A stretch of 40,197 nucleotides of DNA from a virus. Below are positions 1 through 6,327 of the stretch, in pieces. Both the position numbers and the translations under genes were made by a program. Below the pieces are notes generated by a model. That model did not search any database. It was not told the DNA's origin and was given only the letters and a program-made list of their open reading frames with translations. How positions within the stretch are numbered: position 1 is the first letter of the stretch; each line of letters begins with the position of its first letter. Location of the stretch: positions 1 to 40,197 of the IMG/VR virus record IMGVR_UViG_3300019458_000018, one strand, 5' to 3'.

Positions 1-123
1 CCGCATCGACCTCGACTCGACGCTTACACCAGCGCGCCGTGGCGAGCTGCGCGCGTTTGCGGGCACGCCGAAAGGGGCCACCGTCGAGTGGGTGCGGGGT
101 CGCGGCCTGACTTTTCAACGCGG
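1..123. repeat. Terminal direct repeat, left copy (identical to 40075..40197)
   Basis: Base-by-base comparison: ccgcatcgacctcgactcgacgcttacacc...cttttcaacgcgg occurs at both window ends. Confidence 0.95.
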
Positions 124-235
124 CTGGCGTCGGTACCTCGACAGCGCGCGCCTCATCGAGACCGCTACAGGCACGGTCACGGACGACGCGCCCGGCTTCG
201 ATCTGCTGTGGACTGACGGCGTGGAAAACGGTTAG
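2..235 (+). CDS. C-terminal part of a wrap-around hypothetical ORF (N-terminus at 40061..40197)
   Basis: The frame opened by ATG 40061 continues through the repeat, re-enters at position 2 and ends at TAG 233..235. The joined product is about 82 aa (MSTGRRIDLDSTL...LWTDGVENG). Confidence 0.5.
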   Translation, partial: RIDLDSTLTPARRGELRAFAGTPKGATVEWVRGRGLTFQRGWRRYLDSARLIETATGTVTDDAPGFDLLWTDGVENG

Positions 236-238
236 CCG

Positions 239-397
239 ATGGACGTACCCGCCACCCAGCCCATCCCCCTGCCGGCGGGGCTCGTCGCCGCGGTCGCGCG
301 GTACCTCGCGACGCGCCCATATTCGGAGGTCGCTGGCCTGATCGCACAGCTAGACGCCGCCGTGTCTGCCGCCCTGACACCACCGAAGGACCAATAA
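239..397 (+). CDS. Small hypothetical protein (52 aa)
   Basis: ATG 239 to TAA 395..397 gives MDVPATQPIPLPAGLVAAVARYL... It fits tightly between the neighbouring genes. It is too short for the ORF track. Confidence 0.4.
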   Translation: MDVPATQPIPLPAGLVAAVARYLATRPYSEVAGLIAQLDAAVSAALTPPKDQ

Positions 398-402
398 CAC
401 CA

Positions 403-696
403 ATGACAACAGTCCGCACCTACCTCGACTCTCTCGATCCGCGCCTCTGGCCGCTCGCTCTCGCACTCGCGGCGGGCGCGCTCGTGTGGGCATGGCGCCG
501 GTGGCATCTCGCGTCCTTCGACCGCTTGCCGCGGGCGGTGCAGGCGCTACCGGCTGTGCTCGTCGCGGCGGCGCTCGGCGGGGCGTCGGGGTCGTCGCTC
601 GTCCAGATGGTGATCGAGGCGGCGGCGGGCGGCGCGTCCGGCCTGCTCGCGATCGGCGGCCACCATGCAGGCAAGGCGATGCGCCGTGAAGACTGA
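403..696 (+). CDS. Small membrane protein, holin candidate
   Basis: 97 aa with hydrophobic segments LWPLALALAAGALVWAW and ALPAVLVAAALGG...GLLAIGG and a charged C-terminus (KAMRRED). It lies directly upstream of the amidase endolysin. Confidence 0.5.
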   Translation: MTTVRTYLDSLDPRLWPLALALAAGALVWAWRRWHLASFDRLPRAVQALPAVLVAAALGGASGSSLVQMVIEAAAGGASGLLAIGGHHAGKAMRRED

Positions 697-708
697 CGTC
701 GCCGCCGT

Positions 709-2073
709 GTGCATGATGCTCGCCCTCGTCGCGATGACGGTGCTCCTCGCGCTCCATTGGTGGACGACGTGACCGAACCGATCCCGGCGGGGCCCGGCCA
801 GCCACGCGAGGACTGGATCGTGCGCGCCGTACGCGAGGGGCGCTCCGATTGGGCGTGGGATACCGTCGAGAGTCGGCACGGCGGGCGCGTCTGTGCGTTC
901 GGCGTGATGCGCGACGCCCTGCGCATCGACGGCGTGCGCGTGAGCGTTACGGCGACGACGGCGCAGCGGATCGCCGACCTCCTCGGCGCGATGCTCCCGA
1001 CGCCGAAGATGGCCACGCTCACCTGGCTCACGGCGACGAAGCTCGACCCGCAGCCTCGCCCGATCAGCGCGAGCACCGAGGCCATGATCGCGCACTCGCA
1101 CGCCGTGGACGCTGCCATCGCGGGCCGCGCCGGACTCGTGGCCGACGTCGGGAAATGGTGGGTGCTCACCGACCGGCTCACCGAGAGCGTGGCTGCGAAC
1201 TTCGGCTGGCACGTCCGCACGGATCCGTGGCGCGGCATCCACACCGAGCGAGCCGTGAGCGGGGACGCCTACGTGATCCAGGGCGTCGGGCATCGGCACG
1301 ACCCCCGGCACGTCGATTACTCGCAGGTCTGCCGGCTCGTCGATGCACGCTGCACGCTCGACGGCCGGGACGTCTCGGTGCGCTCGGTCCTGGAGTCGCC
1401 GGATTGGCCGCTGCTCGACTACGGCGGCCCCCTCGGTGTGTTTCGGCAGCCGGGCGTGCCGCTGCCGGAGCAATCGATCCTCGTGCTCCCGCCGACGGTC
1501 GTCGAGGCGAGCCGCCGCGACGAGCCCGACACCGACCCCGCGCCGGCCGCGGTCCCATTCCTCCAGGCGCGCAATTACACGCCGGGGCCGCGTACCGAGG
1601 TCAAGTGGCTCGTGATCCACACCGCCGAGACGGGCGAGGTCAAGCACGCCGCTCGCAATCTCATGCAGTGGTGCGCCGGCCCGAGCGCACCGCGGGCGAG
1701 CTGGCACTACGCGATCGACGCGGAGCAGACGACGCAGAGCGTGCGGGAGGTGGATATCGCTTGGCACGCGCCCGGCGCGAACCGCTACGGCATCGGGATC
1801 GAGCATGCCGGGCGAGCGGCGCAGACCGCCGCAGAGTGGGCCGACGAGTACTCCGGGGCCGTGCTCGCACGGTCGGCGCGTCTCGTCGCCGACCTTTGCG
1901 CGCGGTGGAGGATTCCGTTCGAGCGCATCGGCCCCACGGAGCTGCGCGCGGGGACGCCGGGGATCTGCGGTCACGTCGACGTGAGCCGCGCCTGGCGCAA
2001 ATCGACCCACACCGACCCGGGCACGCACTTCCCGTGGGGCCGCTATCTCGATCTGATACGGAGCGCGTCGTGA
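709..2073 (+). CDS. Endolysin: N-acetylmuramoyl-L-alanine amidase (Amidase_2/PGRP-type) C-terminal domain, with an N-terminal domain of about 280 aa of unknown function
   Basis: C-terminal motifs resemble T7-lysozyme-type amidases: KWLVIHTAE, ASWHYAID, AWHAPGANRYGIGIEH, GHVDV...THTDPG. The start is uncertain (GTG 709 or GTG 769). Confidence 0.85.
   Translation: MHDARPRRDDGAPRAPLVDDVTEPIPAGPGQPREDWIVRAVREGRSDWAWDTVESRHGGRVCAFGVMRDALRIDGVRVSVTATTAQRIADLLGAMLPTPKMATLTWLTATKLDPQPRPISASTEAMIAHSHAVDAAIAGRAGLVADVGKWWVLTDRLTESVAANFGWHVRTDPWRGIHTERAVSGDAYVIQGVGHRHDPRHVDYSQVCRLVDARCTLDGRDVSVRSVLESPDWPLLDYGGPLGVFRQPGVPLPEQSILVLPPTVVEASRRDEPDTDPAPAAVPFLQARNYTPGPRTEVKWLVIHTAETGEVKHAARNLMQWCAGPSAPRASWHYAIDAEQTTQSVREVDIAWHAPGANRYGIGIEHAGRAAQTAAEWADEYSGAVLARSARLVADLCARWRIPFERIGPTELRAGTPGICGHVDVSRAWRKSTHTDPGTHFPWGRYLDLIRSAS
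713..772 (+). CDS. Tiny hydrophobic peptide (19 aa, MMLALVAMTVLLALHWWTT), speculative
   Basis: ATG 713 to TGA 770..772. The stop overlaps an in-frame GTG (769) of the endolysin frame as GTGA. Support is very weak. Confidence 0.15.
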   Translation: MMLALVAMTVLLALHWWTT

Positions 2074-2075
2074 CC

Positions 2076-2231
2076 ATGCCCGACGAGGAGGAGGAGGAGG
2101 AGCTGCGCCGCCTGATCGCGGCCGCGATCCCGACCACCGAGGACGCAGTAGCCCAGAGCGAGCGTGACCTCGCGGACTTCGTCGACGAGCTGCCGGAGCG
2201 GCTCCGGCGCTGGCGGGCCGGATGCCAGTAG
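2076..2231 (+). CDS. Small acidic hypothetical protein (51 aa) containing an E6 run
   Basis: ATG 2076 (or GTG 2070 overlapping the endolysin stop as GTGA) to TAG 2229..2231. Product: MPDEEEEEELRRLIAAAIPTTED... Confidence 0.45.
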   Translation: MPDEEEEEELRRLIAAAIPTTEDAVAQSERDLADFVDELPERLRRWRAGCQ

Positions 2232-2608
2232 CGGACGTGCTCCAGTACGGGGCGCTCGGGCTGCTCCTGCTCGTGCTGCTCGGGCTCTATCGGCTCGGAG
2301 CGGGAGCGGTGCGGACGCTCGCGATGTTCTTTGCCGGCGTCCGCGCGGACATCAAGAGTGAGATGGTCGACCTGGTCGGTGAGATCCGGCGCATGGGCGA
2401 CAAGCTAGAGAAGCAGGCAGTCTACCAGGAGCGCCGGCACGGCGAGCTCGTGGCGCACGTCACGCGGACGGCGGCGGATCTGCGCGCCGCTCACGCACGG
2501 CAGCTCGAGAGCGCGAGCGCGCAATCCGTGCGGCGCGTGCTCGCGCGGGAGACCGGCCCGATCTCCGTGCCGCCGCACCCGCACCCGAAGGCGGAGCCGG
2601 GCGAGTGA
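2222..2608 (+). CDS. Membrane-anchored coiled-coil protein (i-spanin-like or other lysis accessory)
   Basis: N-terminal TM segment (YGALGLLLLVLLGLYRLGAGAV) followed by a charged helical region (EMVDLVGEIRRMGDKLEKQAVYQERR...). It sits in the lysis block. I found no lipobox partner. Confidence 0.5.
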   Translation: MPVADVLQYGALGLLLLVLLGLYRLGAGAVRTLAMFFAGVRADIKSEMVDLVGEIRRMGDKLEKQAVYQERRHGELVAHVTRTAADLRAAHARQLESASAQSVRRVLARETGPISVPPHPHPKAEPGE

Positions 2609-3180
2609 TCTCCGCCGCTGCGGTCGCCGCCGGCATGGCGGCGCTCTGGATGCCCGAGGTGCCGACGGACGGCGAGACGGCGGCCGCGCGCGTGGAGCGG
2701 CTCGGGGTGCTCGCGGAGAGTATCCGCGGTGCGGCGTGCGAGGTCACCGCCTCGGGCGAGTGGCCAGGCACGGAGGCCGCGATGGCCGCGTCGCTCGTGG
2801 CGGTCGGGTGGCACGAGAGCGGGTGGGCGTGGCGCGTCCACGCCGGCCGGTGCCTGCCGTGGGAGTGCGACGCGGTCCGGCGTGGGGGCGTGGTGTGGCA
2901 CCGGGCGGCGTCACCGTGGCAGCTGCACACGACGGGCGACCTCCCGCCCGAGGAGTGGCGTGCGATCGTCGGCACCGGGCTCGGGCCGACATCGCGGGCA
3001 GCGCACGCGGCGGCCTCGGCACTCGCTCGCAGTCGCCGGCACTGCGGCCAGGGGCCCCGGTGGGCGCACGGGATGGTCAGCGGGTACGCGACCGGGAGTG
3101 TCTGCCGGTGGCGCGGGGCGGCGTCGCGAGTGCGGACGATCTGGCGGGTCGAGACGGCGATAGCGAGGGCGGCTCGCTAG
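2605..3180 (+). CDS. Secreted lysozyme-like / lytic-transglycosylase-like protein (tentative)
   Basis: GTG 2605 overlaps the upstream stop (GTGA). It has a signal-like N-terminus (MISAAAVAAGMAALW). VAVGWHESGW...ASPWQL resembles the catalytic Glu-Ser and GLMQ segments of SLT-type domains. Confidence 0.4.
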   Translation: MISAAAVAAGMAALWMPEVPTDGETAAARVERLGVLAESIRGAACEVTASGEWPGTEAAMAASLVAVGWHESGWAWRVHAGRCLPWECDAVRRGGVVWHRAASPWQLHTTGDLPPEEWRAIVGTGLGPTSRAAHAAASALARSRRHCGQGPRWAHGMVSGYATGSVCRWRGAASRVRTIWRVETAIARAAR

Positions 3181-3199
3181 TAGCGATAGGACGGAGCCG

Positions 3200-4204
3200 T
3201 CATGCGCTCCAGAGCGACGTCTGGCGCGGGTGCGCGTTCGGGTCGCGGCCCGTCCAATCCGGAAACGAGATCCGCTTGACAGCGAGCTCGACGCTCCGCT
3301 CGTCGAGGTCGATTCCCACGAAGTCGCGGCCGTTCGCGACGGCCACCATGCCGACGGTGCCAGAGCCGCAGAACGGGTCGAGTACGCAGTCGCCCTTGCG
3401 GCTGCCCGCCAGAATGCATAGAAGCGCGAGCATCGGCGGCATCACGGCCGTGTGTGCGCCGTGGAACGGCACCGTCGGGACTTCCCAGACCGATCGACGG
3501 TTCTTCCTCGAGCGTGCCCTGATCTTCGAGAGGCCGCGCTTCGTGCGCATGTGCTCGTCCTCCGAGGATGTGTACTTGCCCCGGCCGGTCGCCGAGGATG
3601 TGTACTTGCCCCGGCCGGTCGCAGGCTCGGCGATCGCGTCGGCGTCGTAGTAGTACCGTCGCGACTTCGAGAGCAGAAACACGTACTCGTGCGCGCGCGT
3701 CGGGCGGTCCGCGACCGGGTCGGGTAAGGGGTTCGGCTTCGCCCAGATCAGGTCGGCGCGAAGCCACCAACCCGCTTCACGGAGCCCGAAGGCGACGCGC
3801 CACGGGATCCCGACGAGATCCTTCGGCTTCTCGTCGAACCGACGCTTCGGGTTCGTGCGTGCGCCGTTCGTCCACTTCTGACCGCCGCGCGTCCCGTGGA
3901 GGAGCAATCCGCTGTGGTCCGGTCGCGCGTTGCCCGCGGGCGCGCCCGCGTAGCAGTCGCCGAGGACGAGCCAGAGGGTGCCGTCCTGCCTGAGCACGCG
4001 TCGCACCCGCTCGAAGACGTCGACGAGTGAGGCGACGTACTCCTTCGCCGTCTCCTCCTGACCGATCTCGTGCTCGTCGTCCGTGTAGCGCCTCAGCCCG
4101 AAGTACGGGGGGCTCGTCACGCAGCACTGCACCGATCGGTCGGGCATCCCGTCGAGCTCGTCACAGGCGTCTCCCGTCGCGACGTACCACTCGCCGCGCT
4201 TCAT
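3200..4204 (-). CDS. DNA methyltransferase, N4/N6 beta-class (motif IV SPPY, motif I DPFCGSGT)
   Basis: CCVTSPPYFGLR lies near the N-terminus and VLDPFCGSGTVGMVA near the C-terminus, which is the order IV then I. SPPY is more typical of N4-cytosine enzymes. Confidence 0.9.
   Translation of the reverse strand: MKRGEWYVATGDACDELDGMPDRSVQCCVTSPPYFGLRRYTDDEHEIGQEETAKEYVASLVDVFERVRRVLRQDGTLWLVLGDCYAGAPAGNARPDHSGLLLHGTRGGQKWTNGARTNPKRRFDEKPKDLVGIPWRVAFGLREAGWWLRADLIWAKPNPLPDPVADRPTRAHEYVFLLSKSRRYYYDADAIAEPATGRGKYTSSATGRGKYTSSEDEHMRTKRGLSKIRARSRKNRRSVWEVPTVPFHGAHTAVMPPMLALLCILAGSRKGDCVLDPFCGSGTVGMVAVANGRDFVGIDLDERSVELAVKRISFPDWTGRDPNAHPRQTSLWSA
3562..3621. repeat. Perfect 30-bp tandem duplication inside the methyltransferase gene
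   Basis: ccgaggatgtgtacttgccccggccggtcg at 3562..3591 is repeated exactly at 3592..3621 and encodes ATGRGKYTSS twice. Confidence 0.97.
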
Positions 4205-4386
4205 GGGCGCTCGGGGCGGCTGTCACGGACTGGCGTCTCGCGCGGCGGCGACGTTTTGCGAAGTCGGGATGCAGCACGTAGGGTGACGGGCTCGGGTCCG
4301 CCACGAGCGATCCATTCGAGCCACTCGACGTAGGTACCTCCCGCGTCGTACGCGATGTGCGCGCTGACTCCACGTCGCGCGCTCAC
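4201..4386 (-). CDS. Hypothetical protein (61 aa)
   Basis: The GTG start overlaps the upstream stop (GTGA) and its own stop overlaps the methyltransferase ATG (ATGA), placing it in a chain of coupled genes. Confidence 0.55.
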   Translation of the reverse strand: MSARRGVSAHIAYDAGGTYVEWLEWIARGGPEPVTLRAASRLRKTSPPRETPVRDSRPERP

Positions 4387-5159
4387 GACGCCACCTCGGC
4401 GGCCACGTCACGCTCGATCTCGTCGAGGATCGCGTGGGTGAGTCGGTCCGCCTCCGCCGCCGCCGCCGCCCTCGCCTCCGCCCACGCCGCCGCCCCCGCC
4501 TCCGACGCCGCCCACGCCGCCGCCCTCGTCCACGTCGCCGCCCACGCCGCCTCCCTCGCCGCCGTCGTCGCCCACGCCGCCGCCACCCTCGCCGCCGCCG
4601 CCGCCGCCCACGCCGCCCACGCCGCCTCCGCCGCCGCCTCCGCCGCCGGCTCCGCCGCCCTCGCCTCCGTCTCCGCCTCCGCCTCCCTCGCCGCCGCCTT
4701 CGCCGCCAGCTCCCTCGCATCCGCCTCCGCCGCCGCCTCCCTCGCCTCCGCCTCCGCCGCCGGCTCACCGCGCCCACGGCGCTCGCAGAGCGCCGCCACG
4801 CGCTCGCACACGGCGAGCACCGCGGCGTCGTCAGTGTGCCGCATCGCCTCCCGCACGCAGAGTGCCCGCACCCGCCAGTCGCACGCGGGCGAGACGCCAC
4901 CGAATCGTGGCGCGAGGCGCACGACGCGCTCGACCACCGTCGGCCAGTGCTCGACCGAGCCCGCGTCGTCCATCCACGGCAGCAGGTGCGCGAGCCACTG
5001 GGGGCACGTGCTCGTCGGGCACGAGCCGTCACCGGGGCGGGCGTGCGGGTCGCCCAGGAGTGCCGTGTAGAGGCAGAGGAGCTGGCGGCCGTCTTCGATC
5101 CGCGACCACTCGCGGCGGATCAGCCGGCCCTCGCGCACGACGTCGGCGAGGGGGGTCAC
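4383..5159 (-). CDS. Hypothetical protein with a Cys/Trp-containing N-terminal domain and an Ala/Glu/Trp low-complexity helical C-terminal half
   Basis: The likely start is GTG 5159, overlapping the upstream stop (the ORF-track start at 5273 is probably too far upstream). The C-terminal half reads ...AAEAAWAAWAAAAAARVAAAWATTAAREAAWAATWTRAAAWAASEAGAAAWAEA... Confidence 0.65.
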   Translation of the reverse strand: MTPLADVVREGRLIRREWSRIEDGRQLLCLYTALLGDPHARPGDGSCPTSTCPQWLAHLLPWMDDAGSVEHWPTVVERVVRLAPRFGGVSPACDWRVRALCVREAMRHTDDAAVLAVCERVAALCERRGRGEPAAEAEAREAAAEADARELAAKAAAREAEAETEARAAEPAAEAAAEAAWAAWAAAAAARVAAAWATTAAREAAWAATWTRAAAWAASEAGAAAWAEARAAAAAEADRLTHAILDEIERDVAAEVAS

Positions 5160-5386
5160 GACGCCACCTCCTCGAGCAGCCAGCCCAGCCGCTCGCGGTC
5201 CGCGTCGGTGATCCGCGGGTCGTCGGCGGCGAGCGCCGTCCACTCCCGCGCGACCCCGAGCCCGCCGGGCCACGACTGATCGTCGTCGTAGAGCGAGTAC
5301 CCTGGCGCGGTGTCGTCTGGGAGCTGCACGAGGATCGTGCCGCGGTCCGTGAGGACGTAGCCGCGGTGGGCGAGCGCCGCGCTCAC
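5156..5386 (-). CDS. Hypothetical protein (76 aa)
   Basis: The GTG 5386 start overlaps the upstream stop (GTGA). Product: MSAALAHRGYVLTDRGTILVQLPDD...LLEEVAS. Confidence 0.6.
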   Translation of the reverse strand: MSAALAHRGYVLTDRGTILVQLPDDTAPGYSLYDDDQSWPGGLGVAREWTALAADDPRITDADRERLGWLLEEVAS

Positions 5387-5805
5387 GACGCCACCGTCCA
5401 GGTCTGCTCGCCCACGGTCACGTGGCGCACGTCCCAATCGTTCGACTTCTTACGTGAGTATCCGTCGTGGCCGCCGACCGACCAGCGGCCGGGGCCGACC
5501 CGATACCCGCCGTCCACGCGCTCGCCCCACGTAGCACTGTCGCCGCGCCCGCAGCGAGCCCACCCGCTACCGCGCGAGAGGGCCTCGAAGCGGTGAGGGG
5601 GCAGCACGATCGTCTCGCCCCGCCACACGAGCAGGGCGCGCGCGAGCACGTCGAGCACCTCGGGGGGCGCCCCGAGCTCGACCGCGCGCGTGAGGGTCTT
5701 GAGCCGCGCGGGCGAGAGAGCACTCACCCACGCGAACGGGGTCTGGGTCTGGGTCTGGGTCAGGGTCTGGGTCTGGGTCTGGGTCTGGGTCTGGGTCTCG
5801 GTCAT
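5383..5805 (-). CDS. Hypothetical protein with an N-terminal (Thr-Gln)n repeat; first gene of the leftward early operon
   Basis: ATG 5805 is preceded by GGAGG (5815..5811) at a 5-nt spacing. Product: MTETQTQTQTQTQTLTQTQTQTPFAW... Confidence 0.7.
   Translation of the reverse strand: MTETQTQTQTQTQTLTQTQTQTPFAWVSALSPARLKTLTRAVELGAPPEVLDVLARALLVWRGETIVLPPHRFEALSRGSGWARCGRGDSATWGERVDGGYRVGPGRWSVGGHDGYSRKKSNDWDVRHVTVGEQTWTVAS
5741..5800. repeat. Hexanucleotide microsatellite (GTCTGG)n, 10 units with 2 imperfect
   Basis: Read directly: gtctgg x3, gtcagg, gtctgg x5, gtctcg. It is in frame and encodes TQ repeats on the minus strand. Confidence 0.95.
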
Positions 5806-5829
5806 CTGAGCCTCCATGCCCCCCACCTA

Positions 5830-5857
5830 GCACGTGGCGTGCCATTATGTTCCGCGG
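5830..5857 (-). promoter_or_regulatory. Left copy of a 28-bp inverted-repeat element; sigma-54-type promoter candidate facing the leftward operon
   Basis: The minus strand reads ccgcggaacataaTGGCACGccacGTGCt. TGGCACG-N4-GTGC(T) compares with the consensus TGGCACG-N4-TTGCW. The GG and GC dinucleotides have the canonical spacing, and the -12 GC lies 25 nt upstream of ATG 5805. Confidence 0.55.
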
Positions 5858-5892
5858 CGCCCGGCGAAAGCGGGCTATTAGCGGGCTCCGGA

Positions 5893-5919
5893 GGGAGGGG
5901 GTGGGGGGGTGGGTGGGGG
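5893..5919 (+). other. G-quadruplex-forming tract (G3 A G5 T G7 T G3 T G5)
   Basis: Read directly: gggagggggtgggggggtgggtggggg. Five G-runs are separated by 1-nt loops, within the divergent control region. Confidence 0.6.
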
Positions 5920-6123
5920 TAGATCGTCCCAGGGCCCCTATTGCGCGCCCGCGAAAAGCCCGGACAATCCGCGCACTTGCCGGCCGCCGCCGCACCCAGG
6001 CGGCCAGCACCCCGCAAAACATAACGAAGCCCGCAAAAAGTTCCGCCGGAACATAACCGCGCGGAACTTAACCAGAAAGACCCCATTTCCTCGGCATTCG
6101 CACGGAGCACTATGACTCGGAGA

Positions 6124-6327
6124 TCATGCCCCGGGGGCGCGCAGAGGGCGGGGGACGGGCTCGGTCTCGAGCCCCACCGCGAGCCGGATCCGGCGCAGGT
6201 GCTGGCGGGTGATCCCGTGCGCTCGGGCGACCGCCGCCCAGTCCCCTCGCTCTCTCCGCTCGCGCTCCAGGCCGTCTGCGCCCCCGGCGAGGAGGGCGCG
6301 GACTGTCGGCGAGACCGTGCGGGCCAC
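6124..6327 (-). CDS. Small Fis-type helix-turn-helix protein (67 aa), tentative
   Basis: GTG 6327 to TGA. The C-terminal GDWAAVARAHGITRQHLRRIRLAVGL resembles the Fis/NtrC C-terminal HTH pattern (G-N-x3-A-A-x2-L-G-I-S-R-x-T-L-x-R-K-L-K-x2-G-L). The long 6124..7410 ORF in the track is otherwise Arg/Pro-rich junk. Confidence 0.45.
   Translation of the reverse strand: MARTVSPTVRALLAGGADGLERERRERGDWAAVARAHGITRQHLRRIRLAVGLETEPVPRPLRAPGA

Noticed and set aside
547-2028. Long antisense or alternative-frame ORFs overlapping the endolysin (547..2028 minus, 849..2231 plus, 420..1244 minus)
   Set aside because: They are Arg/Pro/Ala-rich with no recognisable motifs, as expected for off-frame ORFs in roughly 70% GC DNA. 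The 709..2073 frame carries clear Amidase_2 motifs.
4223-5070. Poly-Arg (4223..5032 minus; 4434..5279 plus), poly-Gly (4408..4620 minus) and Ala/Ser (4357..5070 plus) ORFs over the triplet-repeat tract
   Set aside because: All are alternative readings of the same GCC-type repeat. Only the 4383..5159 minus frame fits the chain of GTGA-coupled genes and has a non-repetitive N-terminal domain.
3562-5800. Possible CRISPR array or other spacer-repeat structure suggested by the direct repeats
   Set aside because: The repeats are head-to-tail with no spacers (30 bp x2 and 6 bp x10), lie in frame within genes, and no cas genes are present.
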